A stretch of 64,000 nucleotides of DNA from Malacoraja senta (GCA_038087875.1 CM075990.1:1552001-1616000), one strand, 5' to 3'. Shown: positions 24,989 to 37,717, counted from the first letter of the stretch. The notes: generated by a model from the letters alone, not told the origin. Program-made: numbers and translations.

Positions 24989-25941
24989 GAGGAGCCGCCA
25001 TCTTGGAGGAACGGCTGCTAAACAGCAGCTGTCCATCAAATTCACTCTTTCTTTTGTGTTAGTGTTTTTTATTTCTTTGTTTGTTTGGGGGGTTTTGACT
25101 TTTAATGTGGTGGGGTAAGGGGGTAACTATTTCTAGGTCCCTACCTGGTCGGTGAGGCAGCTTTTTCTCCAGGCTGCCTCGTCGACCCGTCCTCGTGGCC
25201 TACCAGCGGGCATGGAGCGCCGTTTCCTGACGGGGACCGCCCAGCATCTTCAGCTTCGGTGGCGGCACAGCGCTGGAGCGCTATCGGAGAGCGTAGCGGG
25301 CGATGCCTTGCCTGGGTCGCCGCGCTGGATCGACACGCTGGAGCTGACCGCCGACACCAACACCTCCGGGCTGCGGGACTGCGGAGCGACCAGCTGCGGG
25401 CGGCGGCGCCGACTCCAACATCGGGAGCCTCGTGGCTCCAAATCGGCGCGGCCCTGTCGGCTTCAGGTGCCATCGACTCCGTCGGGAAACCGGACGTTCC
25501 AGCCGCTCCGAGGACTCTCCCGACGGCCAGGAACATCGGGCCTCCGTAGAGGCAACTGTGGTGGCCTCGATGGGCCTGACTCTGGGGAGAACTGGGTTGG
25601 GGACTGGACATTGTGCCTTCCCCCACAGTGGTGGTGATTGTGTGGGGATGACTTTGTGTGCTGTGCCTGTCAGTCCGTGTACAAGATGGCGGTCGGAGGG
25701 GAGAGTGGACGCTGGCGCGAATTGGTCGCCGCTGCTCTCTCCTCAAATTGTGTTTCTTATTTTCTTTTGGTGCTCTTGAAATTGAATTCTGTCCTTGATT
25801 TGTGTACTGTGGTGTTTTTATATTTAATTTATTCCGATTATGTGTTTTGTATTTTTTTTTGTGATTCTATGCATTGTAAGGTGTCCTTGGGTTTTAGAAA
25901 GGCGCCAGTAAATAAAATGATTATTATTATTATTATTATTA
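24989..25941 (+). mobile_element. Non-coding GC-rich retroelement-like insertion with an L2-like tail (copy C)
   Basis: GCCGCCATCTTGG head, T/G-rich tract, GGCCTACCAGC (25197) and GCCTTCCCCCACAGTG (25615). The 3' end is tgtaaggtgtccttggg..aaaggcgcc..AATAAA..(ATT)n. Confidence 0.7.
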
Positions 25942-27094
25942 CTTACCAGCGTCTCTAACCCCAGGTCGCTTACCTTTGTTGGAGCTTCTGCGAAGTTCCA
26001 TTTGCAGACTGTCCATCATGTTTGTCATTTCTGTTAGATAGCTGATGCCGCTAGCCAACGTCTCTTGTAGTAGCTAGTCCGTCCCCGACGGAGCAGCAAT
26101 TTTCGGGGCAAAAGCACACCGCTTTCCCTCATGCGATTGTCGTACATCATGCATTAAAGCATGGGATCCCGATACCTAGACATGTTCGGGTCATGTTTGG
26201 AGTTAGTCCATACTGACCTTTGGCACTCTCTTAGAGTGGGAATAAAAGTTGCACCGTGAATTAGGAGTTGCCATATCCTATGCCTCGAACCGTCTGTGCA
26301 TGCTTCACCTTGAAACCAGGACAGCTGCAGGCATATGACTCGAACTGCCTGTGTATGCTTTGGTAGTACCGAGCATAATATATATGGCTCCATCTTCATT
26401 CTTCATACATCCGAATGGGAGGACTTATGCAAACCTGAACCAGGAGCTGCCTCGGGCATATGTGCATATACTTTAGCACCATCTCCTCGCTACGTTCAAC
26501 CGAGTAGGAGGAAATTGCAACCCTGAACCAGGCGTTGCTTCAGGCTTATGTGCATATACTTAGCACCATCTTCACCACTCCATTCATTTGAGTGGTAAGA
26601 AGTTTTGCAACCCTGAACCAGGAGCTGCTGCCTGACATGCTTTCATAATTACGGAGCATATCTTGTGTTATAGTTTTTCATCAGATGTTCGTAATTGAGA
26701 CAACCCCCAATCATGTCCGACATAGATGTCCCAAGACTTGGCTGTGATTTTGCTCCGACTTGGGGCTGTCAGGCTGCTCCCTTCAGCAGCCGAACCGGGA
26801 CTAGCTGTGCAGATTGATGCTCTTTTGGTACCATCATTTACTAAACAGGCTTCACAAGCTAGTGACTCCGAGTCCTGCTCCCTTCTGCTCCAGCGGAGTA
26901 TTACAGGGAAGGACTGGAGCGCCTCTGGCCGCCATACGCCAGACTCGATCCGAAACGTCGCCTATTCCTTTTCTTCAGAGGTGCTGCCGGGCCCGCTGAC
27001 TTACTCCAGCATTTTGTGTCTCTCTTCGGTGTAATCCAGCATCTGCATTTCCATCCTACACACAATAATTGCTGTCATCTCTCTCAGCACCCCG

Positions 27095-27720
27095 GCTTTC
27101 AAATATCTGTCTGTCACGTTCACCACGGACCCTTCTACATCCGGCGATGCCTTCCCAGCGCGCTATCCCCAGCACCCATAGCTATGATTTACCAGCTTCC
27201 CTGTAGTGCCTGCATAAATTCGACTATCTATATCCTCTTTTGATTTCAATGTAAAAATCCGCATGCATTTAAAATAATTGATTTGATTGATCCTGTATCT
27301 GCAAATGGCGTTGTAATCGTCAGTATGCAGACACTTAAGATCACTGGCACCGAAACTTCATTGCCCGGTTTTCACAGAGTCTCCGATGAAGGGAATTCTC
27401 CCTGCGGTAGCGTGTCTCACTGCCTCGCCATCAATCCCTTGCGGTCCGGGAATGGATTTCAATAAATGTCTGTTAACATCATCGCTCCCTCCCTTATCAG
27501 CACCAGTTTTAAAGCTTTGGATGGATCGTAATTTCCTCGCACTTCTCGGAACAGGCCCTCGACATTAGATTCAAATAAATATAGAAACGTTCACCACAGA
27601 TACGGGCCCTCAAGGCCCACCATGTCCATGTCGACAGTGACGCCCTCTACGCCAATAGTATTTGACCGTTTTGGTCCGTACCCTTCCATTCTTTTCCAGA
27701 GAGTCGAATCAAAAATATAT
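27095..27720 (-). repeat. ~620-bp locally repeated unit
   Basis: Reverse complement of 56617-57222, 58520-59180 and (partially) 80-362. Confidence 0.85.
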
Positions 27721-28051
27721 AATTGTCATATGCATTTGAGAACGTCCCACATAGGAGAATACTGGGCAAAATTAGAGCACATGGTATTGGTGATAGTGTG
27801 CTGACATGGATAGAAAATTGGTTGGCAGACAGGAAACAAAGGGTAGGGATTAACCGGTCCCTTTCAGAATGGCAGACAGTGATTAGTGGGGTACCTCAAA
27901 TCTCGGTGCTGGGACAGCAGCTATTTACAATATATATTAATGATTTGGATGAAGGAATTAAAAGTAACTTTAGCAAATTTGCAGATGACACAAAGCTGGG
28001 TGGCATTGTGAACTGTGAGAAGGATGCTATGAGGATGCAAGATGGCTTGGA
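27721..28051 (+). mobile_element. CR1/HER1-type LINE RT fragment
   Basis: [17 protein letters not shown] and KFADDTKLGG. Confidence 0.88.
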
Positions 28052-28348
28052 CTAGCGATGTTACAATACTTAAAGGCCTGTCTCACGAGTCTGCGGTCAT
28101 TGGCGGCGAAACAGGAAGAATCTACCGCTCCTGGGCCACCATAGACCGCGCACTCGGTCAAGCGCACAATTTCGGGACCGTGCGGCGTTGTTCCCAATAA
28201 AATAAAACCAACACTGTTCAAAAATATGTTCCTACCGCAAAGCCGCCGCCTGTGATGCACGAGTGCGGTACGGCCGCCGCCACTGCCGCCGCCAGTGTGG
28301 CACGAGCGCCGCGAGTAGAACCTTCACCGCCACAGCCTCCGCCAGTGA

Positions 28349-28915
28349 AGGCTCTGTCTCACGGTGTTGCGGTCATCGGCGGTGAAGCGCGGTGAGGGGA
28401 CCGCACGGCAATGGCGAGAGCGCCGAGCCTATGCTGCGGGAGCGCCGCACGGATGCTGCGCGGGGGCCGAGTGATTTAAGTACGGCTGGTCCCACGAGCT
28501 TGCGGTAAGTAAAAAAAAAGGTCGGGCCGACTGCAATGACGTCATTTCGGATCTGCGGGGCTGTGGCGGTGGCCGTGCTGATCGCGGCGCTGTGGCGGCG
28601 GCCGTGCCGCACACGTGCCTCACTGGCGGAGGCTGTGGCGGTGAAGGTTCTACTCACGGCGCTCGTGCCACATTGGCGGTGGCTGTGGCGGTGAAGGTTC
28701 TACTCACGGCGCTCGTGTATCAATGGCGGAGGCTGTGCGGTAGGAAAATATTTTTGAACAGTGTTGGTTTTATTTTAGCACCGTGCGGTGTTGGGAACAA
28801 CGCCGCACGGCCCCGGAATTGTGTGTTTGACCGAGCCCACGGTCTATGGCGGCCCAGGAGTGGTAGATTCTTCCTGTTTCGCCGCCAATGACCACAGACT
28901 CGTGCGACAGGCCTT
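28349..28915 (-). mobile_element. MITE deletion derivative of the same Harbinger, inserted inverted into it
   Basis: TGA TSD at 28346-28348 and 28916-28918. The sequence is the parent's left end joined to the parent's right end (33965-34207) at a poly-T run. Confidence 0.85.
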
Positions 28916-29165
28916 TGAGGCACGTGTGCGGCACGGCCGCCGCCACAGCCGCCGCCACAGCGCCGCGATCAGCACGGCCGCCGCCACAGCCGCCGCCACA
29001 AGCACTGCCGCCGCCACAGCCCCGCAGATCCGAAATGACGTCATCGCAGTCGGCCCGCCCTTTTTTTTGCTGTTCACGTCCAAACCACGTGAGATTTGAG
29101 ACTTCAACGGTGTAGCATTTTTACCGCGTTTTTCAAACGGAGTGTTTTGACAGTTGACTAGCAAC

Positions 29166-30926
29166 ATGAGGAGAAGAAGGAGTGTAAGGAGATCGATGCA
29201 GGATAAAGTAAAAAAAGTAATAATGGAAAACATTCAGGTGCTGGAGGGTGCAGCCACTGCCCCTACCCCTGCCCCTGCCCCTGCTTCATTACCTGTCCCA
29301 TCTCCTGCCCCATCTCCTGCCTCAACTGCTTCCACATCTGCTGCCCCATCTGCTTCTCCATCTGCTGCCCCATCTGCTCGCCCATGTCCTGCTCCAGCTT
29401 ATGTTCCTGCATGGGTGTGGAACAGGTCTGGCTCACAGCCATATAATTTTTCCCGAGAACGAGAGGGGGACCTGGTGGAATGGTATCAGGCACACCATGA
29501 GCTGTATGACAAGACCCACCGTGATTTTAGGAACAGGGGTCTCCGCAACGTCATAATTGGAGAAAAGGCGAAGGAGTTCCCTGACTGCTCTTGTAAGTAC
29601 ATAATTTTTAGTTTATCTACATTTCTGTGTTTGTAATTGAGGTTCCAATTCATATTATAAGTTGCTCAACACTTATCTTCATTTATTCTGTGTTTTCACA
29701 GATGACCAACTGTGTCAATGGCCAAAGAGTCAGAGGACACGGTTCGGGAAAATCTCGCAAAGTCTTGGCAAGTCTGGCTCTGGCAGTAGGACACTGACTG
29801 ACAGAGACCAGTTGATATATGAAAAATGGGGGTTCGTGCGGGACCACATTGTAAGAGTGCAGAGGAAGGAAAGTTGCAGGAAGGTGAATAATTCAGAAAC
29901 TTATGTGACAATAAATATTTGTCGGCAAGTCAGTACAAAATATTTTTAACAATAATAACTTGGTGTTCAATTTTCCTGCTACGTCCTGATGGCGTTGCAC
30001 ATTTATGATACGCTTTCACTTTCTTCTAGTGTACTGTGGGTGTATCAACGTGCGCGGACTCGAGTGAGGGTGAGCCTGATCCGCTAGAGGGACCCTCACA
30101 TGGACCATCCGGGTCATGCACTGCTGTCGAACTGCAGCAGCATGCAAAAGGGAAGCGGGTCTGCACAACTGCGTCAGATAGCGAGATGCCTGTTCAAAGT
30201 CTGCAACGGGACATGTTCAGGGATGTAAGTGCTTTTGGATTAACCATCATCAAATCTCTTTCACTCCGCCCTACTTCCACGTTTCTCCATCGCATCCCAC
30301 AATATAATTATCATGATTGTACTCTCTTGTTGCAGATCATGGAACAGGCAAAGACAACGTCGGGGATGATCAACGTTTTCTCACAACCAAGGACGTCCCA
30401 GGAGAGAATAGTTCATGCGTATGCAATGTTACTCAGGGAGGAGATGTTCTTGATCCCTGAGGGAAATTGGCAACGCTACAGTATAGAGGCATTGTCCTTG
30501 GCAAGGGCGCACAGACTTCCTCTGCCAGTAAAATATTTAAATCAAAGTTTATTGAAATTATAAGAGTTTTAATTTAATACCATCTATGATTCATTTACTA
30601 CGTGTTGCAGAGTCCGATGAGGCACATGCCATTAGTGCCACTGCAACAGACGAGGATGCCACCACAATATCCCTACCAGGTACACTGTGAAACATTTTTG
30701 AGTCTTCAGCCTGACTCAAGATTTTCTCTGACACACAGCTTGTGAAAGTTTGTGATTTGTTTTATATGATTTGTTTGGCACCGATACATATTGATACGCT
30801 TATGTGTTTTGCCCACAGGCAAGGATGGAATCCCGTCTTCTGACATACCCGTGGATGGCACCCCCCTCCCCACTATATCAATGGACACACCCCACCGCCA
30901 CATCATTCATCACGTGGCATGGATAG
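29166..30926 (+). CDS. Harbinger MADF/Myb-SANT DNA-binding protein, six predicted exons, about 390 aa
   Basis: Exons 29166-29592, 29702-29883, 30030-30224, 30336-30527, 30611-30679 and 30819-30926, all GT-AG and phase-consistent. MADF-like LVEWYQAHHELYDKTHRDFRN..LCQWPKSQRTRFGK. AATAAA at 31217. The last exon is the least certain. Confidence 0.75.
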
Positions 30927-31620
30927 GCTAGGGGAAAGCGAATTCCATGTTCAATTTGAGGGTCACGAAGATGGCACAAACTCCGGCACAGAAGTAACAG
31001 AATTTTATATTGAAGATTGACATGTTCCGTAAGGAGTGAGGTTGCCCCCAAAATTCACTGTTGTGCCTGCTTGTGTGTTGCACATTACCGTTTAATTCAC
31101 TGTTGTTTCTCACTACGTTATTTGTTTGCTTCCACTAATGAACAATGTTCTGTTGAATTGTGTTGCATATTTAAAAAGAATTGCTTGTTTTTCAATATGT
31201 TAATTGTTTCCACTAAATAAACAGTTTACATTTAATATTGTATTGTGGAAAAGAGTGTCTGTTAATCATGGCGTAGATCTCTCATATGGAAACAACCTGA
31301 AATAATGGAATGCATCTCACATACAAAAGCATTGATTTATTAGAGAAATAAAACACAAACAGGCATAGAATAGCATTGAATTGCAAAATTTGTCATTATA
31401 AGCCATGAAAATCAAACAATGGCATTTAAACGCTTTAAAGATCAGGCAATTTTAAAATAGGTGATGTAGGTAGTACTGTTAACACTGAATTAATAATTTC
31501 ACAATGTAAAACCATCCATCAACATACATAGATCGCACTTTTGTTAGATCTGGGGCCTTCATGATCGGCTACCTCTGCCGTGAGAACACAACCCTGACAT
31601 CCCCTGTTTGCTTTAGATCC

Positions 31621-32919
31621 TCAAAACGCATTGTCCTGCCAGGGTACACTGCCTCGCTCTGAGTTGTAGTAAGCACAGAGATGGTCCCTCAGCTCCTTTG
31701 CTCTTCTGTTGCTGGTGTTTCCTTGCAATGACCCTAGTGCCACCATCGGTGATGCCGGCCTTGCAGCTCTCCATGAACCTGGTGTGACTTCACCTGTCTG
31801 TTTGTCCATCGTGTCACCCTCCACCAAGGCAGCAGACGCACCTCTGGTGCGGATCAGTTTATGAAGGACACATGCCGCGTAGACAATGGCCTGCACATTC
31901 TCGGGCTCCTGCTCCATTGTTGTCAGCAGGCATCTGAATCTGCTAGTAAGGATACCAAAAGCATTCTCCACTACCCTCCTAGCCCTGGACAGCCTGTAAT
32001 TGAAGATCCTTTGCTCCCTTGACATCCCCCTGTGAGGGTATGGCTTCATCATCCATGGCCTGAGTGCGAAGGCATCATCACCAACCAGTGCGTAGGGGAT
32101 GTCAGGGTTGTCTTCTCCCGGCAGAGGTTCTGGATCCGGAAGGCCTGCTCTCCCTTCTTCCAATGCTTGCCCAAGGGAGGTCTCTCTCCAGATCCCTCCA
32201 TCTGCGGCACTGCCAGGTGTGCCCACATTCACAAACATGAAGTTGTAGTTTGCATCTACCACAGCTAACAGCACGATGGAATGGAACTTCTTGTAGTTAA
32301 AGTACACAGAACCTCCCCCGGGTGGACATCGGATGACCACATGCTTCCCGTCAACAGCCCCACATGTGTGCAGGAAGTTCCATCTGCTTTGAAAGCCGTG
32401 CGCCACACTCCTCCACCCGTCTGCTGTAGTTGGGCAGTCAATAAGCTCATCATATGTTTTGTTGATGGCGTCACAGGTCTCTCGGACTACACCGCTGATG
32501 GTGTTGTGAGCCACACGGAAATTACACGACAGGCTCTTGTAGGAATCCCCTGATGCAAGGTAGCGGAGGGTGATGGCGATGCGCAGGCCTGGTTCCAGTG
32601 ACTTCCGCATGACGGTGTCCATTTTCTGCAGGAGAGGGCCGACTCGTGTCTTGAGCTCCTGAAACAGGTCAGGGGGGATCCTTGCTGAAATTTCTAAAGG
32701 CAGCATCATGTACCCGCTGCAGATCCGTCATCATGGTCTCATACTGGCCCAAAGTAGGTCTCATCTGGAACAAAGACCTCATCCACACAGACCTCTTCCT
32801 GGGCTTCTTCTTCTTAACCTTCTTTGTTGAACTGCTGCACGGCTGACCTGAACCATGACGGCTGCTGCTAAGAGAAGTGTCTGTTGGTGTAGCAGCAATG
32901 CAATATCAATGTCTTCCAT
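31621..32919 (-). pseudogene. Harbinger (HARBI1-like) DDE transposase; catalytic core open, 5' part frameshifted
   Basis: TLRYLASG, GAVDGKH, YFNYKKFHS, VGDDAF and FNYRLSRARRVVENAFG. The upstream RSVWMR..GQYETMMTDL..AFRNF segment is in another frame. Probable ATG at 32919. Confidence 0.88.
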
Positions 32920-34082
32920 TGTGCAGTAGTTTACAGGTCCAAATCAAGTTTGCTGCAAAATTAAGAGAAAGAATAAGTGCAAATATTCTGAAAAAGTTTA
33001 CGTGGGGAGAGTTGACATGGACTTTGTGAGCCAAAGGGCCTGTTCCTGTGTTATACTGTTCTATGTTCATGGTCTCTCTAAGAACACAGCTGCTACTGTA
33101 GCATTGACATTGCTGCAGACATTGACACTCTCTGCAGTTACCAAAAATGCAAAATATAATGGAAAATACTTCTCATTTGTTCTGGCTGCAGGCATGTTGA
33201 ACAATTTCAAAAAGATGCAGGCTAATTCTGTTCACTGCATACTCTGATCCTCTAGTTGTTTAGAGATACCGCATGGAAACAGGCCCTGCGGCCCACCGAG
33301 TCCACACCAACTATTGACCAAGCAATGGACATTCTCCCATTCTCCTTCACACTTGAGGTGATTTATGTTGGCCAATTAACCTACCAGCAGGCAAGTATTT
33401 GTGGGAGGAAACTATAGCTTATGGAGGAAGATATTTGGACAGTTGCATGGATAGGAAGGGTTTAGAGGGCTCTGGGCCAAATGCAGATAAATGACACTAG
33501 CCCAGTATGCCAGCTTGGTTGGCATGGTCATGGTGGGCTAAAGGCCCTGTTTAGGTTTTGTATGATTTACAAACCCCATGCAGACAACCACGAGTGACCA
33601 CTGATTTATTTTTATATGCAATCATCCTATTCTTATTACTAACTTTGTTATTGCTGGTCTACAATTCTTAGGCCCTAACCCACTTTATAAAATTCTCTTT
33701 TATAAAGCACATTTCTATAACACAAGTTGTTTTAAGAACAAAAATAGCCAGCAACTTTGGTTTACCTGAAAAAAAATGGCGTCAGGCTCGAGCTTCCAGT
33801 CTCCGCTCCAAATGGCGTCAGGCTCGAGCTTGACTCCTCTCATAACGGACGTCCGCGCACCCCCCCCCCCGCTTCCGGTAAAAGTCCGGGATCGCACGCT
33901 CGTTGGACAGGCCGTGCGGTGGTCACCCGATATACGTGCAACAAAAGCTTCCGGTAAGGCAACATTTTTTTAACTTACCGCAAGCTCGTGGGACCAGCCG
34001 TACTTAAATCACTCGGCCCCCGTGCAGCATCCGTGCGGCGCTCCCGCGGCATAGGCTCGGCGCTCTCGCCTCTACCAGCGAC

Positions 34083-34155
34083 GCCGCGCTTCACCGCGCT
34101 TCACCGTGCTTCACCGCGCTTCACCGCGCTTCACCGCGCTTCACCGCGCTTCACC
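34083..34155 (+). repeat. (TCACCGCGCT)n subterminal minisatellite
   Basis: About seven tandem 10-bp units in the right end of the Harbinger. Confidence 0.9.
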
Positions 34156-34207
34156 GCGCTTCACCGCGCTTCAACGCCGATGACCGCAACATCGTGAGAC
34201 AGAGCCT

Positions 34208-34817
34208 TTACCTTCAGCGCTGCTGTAGTTCTGCCCCTGGCCGTGTGCGCGACTTTGGCGCCTTTGAGCGTGGGGGGGCGGGATTAAAATGCCGTTTTCT
34301 CCTGCCTGTCGGAGGCGAACTTTCTCAGGCTGTTAAGCTGCTGCAGAAAAATCGTTCCGACTTCCGTTCTCGGAAGTTTAAAAAAAAAATCGTGGGACAA
34401 TTTAATCCCTGGAGTAAAATAATAAAAGCTACTTCTAACGCCGTCAACGCCTACAACGGGACGGATCTCACGTAGGGGACAAACAAAATGTAAGTCGTGT
34501 ATTTTACATATAAACTTGCTTCTTAGGATGACTTTAATCAAAATGTCCTTGGCGATAATGTGATTTTGGCCCCATACGAACCGGCAGTGTTTTTCCTGCC
34601 GATATGTGATTCAAATTCACCACAACCGCAACGTTCCAATCGATCGCGTTCCACAAAAACCCACTCGCAAGATGAATAAAATGCCCATTAATTTGCGGGA
34701 ATTAAACATTAAATTCCTTCAATTTGGCCTATAAATTCATGACAATGAGATTTAAAAATTATGTTATATTGTGAATTATTTGTGAATGTTATTTGGACAC
34801 AGGTTATTTAAAAATGT
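34208..34817. mobile_element. 7-bp-TSD DNA transposon portion (continues from 28052-28072)
   Basis: Reverse complement of 55700-56300. Its terminus TAGCGATGTTACAA is at 28053. Confidence 0.75.
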
Positions 34818-36285
34818 CTTTTTTTTTAATTTAAATTTTTATTAGAGTTATCTGCATATCATAGTCCAAACCAATACAAACTTTGTTTAACGATTACATA
34901 TTAAGTATCCAGGGTTCCGGGGATCCAGTTACCAAAGTAGCTGGGGTCCTCCTTTATCGGTTACATATTAACATGACCTCTATTTATTTATTTATGTTTA
35001 TAGATAAGAAAAATAAAGAAATAAAGAAAACAAATTAGAAATAAAATAAGATAAACTATCAATAATACAACTTAGGAGATAGGTCCGTAGGTCAAAAAAC
35101 ATAACTATTCATCTAGTCCTGGGTTCAGGTTTCAGTCAGACCTGCGCGTCGGCCCAGTCTACCCCTTCAAATAATCTATAAATGGAGACCATATTTTAGT
35201 AAATAATTCTGGTTTGTCAATTAAGACAAATCTATTTTTTTCCAAATATAAGGTCTCCGACATCTCCATAATCCACATCTTAATTGTGGGGGTTGCAGGA
35301 TTTTTCTAAAAATTTAATATTAATTTTTTCCCAATTATTATACTGTAATCAAGGAAATTTCTTTGGTTTGTTGTAAGTTTTAGGCATTGTTCTGATATGC
35401 CCAATATTATTAATTTAGGATCGGCATCCAGTTGAGTATTAACAACTCCAGAGATTATTTTAAAAATATCCATCCAGTAATTTTTAATTTTTATACAATT
35501 TACAAAAGTATGGGTTAAATTAGCCGCCGAGTATTGGCATTGATCACAGATAGGAGAGATATTAGGAAAGATTCTATTTAATTTTGTTTTTGAATAATGC
35601 AGTCTATGTAGTACTTTAAATTGTATTAAAGAATGTCTGGTATTTAATGAGCATTGATGTATATGTTGTAGACTTTCATCCCAAATATCTTTTGTTATGG
35701 GTTGGGCTAATTCCTTTTCCCATGCTAGTCTATATAATTCCGTCGACGGAATCTCACTGTCTAAAAGAGTATTATAAATGTAAGATATTAATTTAGCTGT
35801 GTTATGGTGTTTATTCAAACATTCATCTAGAATCTCTGGTTTTCTAGTTCTGTATTCTTGTGTATGTGATTTAACATAATCTTTAAGTTGTAAGTATCTA
35901 AAAAAATTATTTGAATGTAATCCATAATTCTGTTGTAGTTCCTGAAACGAGAGGAAAATACCATTTCTATAAAGATGTCCCATCTTTTTAATGCCATGAT
36001 TTTTCCATTGTACAAAACCTTTATCCAACACTGAGGGTTTAAATGAAGGATTATTTGCAATGGGGAGAGAAAGTGATAAATTATCCAATTTTAATGTCTT
36101 TTTTATTTGTTTTCAAATTCGAATACCACTATATATTACAGGGTTTTCGCTGTAGATTTTGTATTCAATTTTGTAGGAGCTAACAGGATCGGCCCAATTT
36201 CAAAAGGCAAACAATCTTCCTTTTCCATCTTTAACCAGTCTGGTTGTTGATCCATATCTTCCAACCAAAAATTCATATTTTTGAC
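34818..36285 (-). mobile_element. L1 LINE 3' part (ORF2 C-terminus, 3'UTR, poly-A)
   Basis: NFFRYLQL, QFKVLHRLHYS and CDQC..HTFVNC zinc knuckle. Duplicate of 54039-55696. Confidence 0.88.
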
Positions 36286-37645
36286 AAAGGAATAAGTGAA
36301 AACGAAGGGATAAGAATAGTGAAACTATCAAAATGACTGGAGTGGGGGAGGGACGTGGAGAGAGAGGGAATGCAATGGTTACCTGAACTTAGATACATCA
36401 ATTATCATACTTGCTGTGTTCTTTGGAATTACTTTAGAGTTGTTTGTGGTTTGGTTACTTAAGGTTGGAGAATTTCATGTTAATAGCCTTAGATTTTCTT
36501 TGACTGCAACTTTCAGACATTCACGTCTCACTGTTTGACGTGTGCTGTCGGCTTCTTCCGCGCTCCGGTCGCTTATTCAAGTACATGTTCGTTGAATTCT
36601 TTAATAATCAGGAGCTTTCATTTTCTAAGCGCATGTAACCGGAACTGCGAGTCATATTTTGTTTTTGCCGTCACAACTACCAGCGGGACTGTGGTCGAGT
36701 CACAGAGTCACACTGCACTGGAGACCGATTGGATAGTGCGGCCTGCCTTCTGTCTGGTTTACACCGAGTGTCGAAGATCGACACAAAAAGCTGGAGTAAC
36801 TCAGCGGCACAGGCTGCATCTCTGGAGAGAAGGAAAAGGTGACTGAATGGGTAAGTCTGAAGAATTTTCTCGACCCGAAGCGTCACCCATTCCTTCTCTC
36901 CAGAGATACTGCTTGTCCCACTGAGTTACTGCAGCATTTTGTGTCTATCTTCGGTTTAATCCAGCATCTGCAGTTCCTTCTTACATGAGTGCCGTCAGCT
37001 ACCTGTCTATTTCCCCGTGGAGTCTCTCACCACACTCTCCCTCCACTCCGACATGGAATTCCACCAGAACAAAAACCCTTCGGCCCACTATTTCCATTCC
37101 GACCATCTACTCGCATCGCATTTCCCACAACCTGTCCTGTACACTACAACCCTTCAGTGATTATCAGAGATATTCCCCTTGTTCCACACATTCCCCGCTC
37201 CCCCACTCTCTCTGCTACTGAACATGAACGTGTTTATCTCTGTATCAAAGTTGCAATGAAGAACACGGGAGCTGAACCATTTCCTTTTCTATACCATGGG
37301 GCGATGTTATGAGGAGAAAGCAGGATAATGGGGTTAGGATGGAGAGATAGATCAGCCGTGATTGAATAGCTGTGTTGATTTGATGGGCCGAATGGCCTGA
37401 TTCTATTCCTATCACTTATGACCAGAACGCAGCTTCATGCAGCAAAAAATATTATGAATTAATTGGTCAACGGCCGAGCACAACGGGGACCATGGTGTCA
37501 CCCTCGGATTCTCCAATAAAACTCATTAAATGATGCAATGAAGTGAAGCCTTTTGTTGAAATAGCAAATTCCCTAATGAAACGAAATATATGTTGTGCAC
37601 GCGTGTGAACGGACGGTAATTTCTCAAAAATATCCATTGATTAAA

Positions 37646-37717
37646 TAGCAGAGGATGGTTTCGATCCATCGACCTCTGGGTTATGGGCCCAGCACGCTTC
37701 CGCTGCGCCACTCTGCT
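37646..37717 (-). tRNA. Initiator tRNA-Met(CAT)
   Basis: Reverse complement is AGCAGAGTGGCGCAGCGGAAGCGTGCTGGGCCCATAACCCAGAGGTCGATGGATCGAAACCATCCTCTGCTA, with the A1-U72 pair and GAUC T-loop diagnostic of iMet. TTTTT at 37626-37630. Confidence 0.97.

Larger units (their letters stand above)
22360..26930 (-). mobile_element. Second DIRS element, reverse orientation, more decayed, 5' ITR missing
   Basis: 22360-22463 is the reverse complement of the right ITR (5410-5516) and 22582-22680 is the reverse complement of the ICR. The interior is degenerate and the 5' boundary is approximate. Confidence 0.75.
28073..34207. mobile_element. PIF/Harbinger DNA transposon with two convergent genes
   Basis: TTA TSD at 28070-28072 and 34208-34210. 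Termini AAGGCCTGTCTCACGA / TCGTGAGACAGAGCCT. Carries a DDE transposase and a MADF gene. The empty site lies in the paralog at about 56295-56310. Confidence 0.93.

Noticed and set aside
31621..32709. Domesticated host HARBI1 gene
   Set aside because: It lies inside a TIR/TSD-bounded element with an empty paralogous site and has a frameshifted 5' end.
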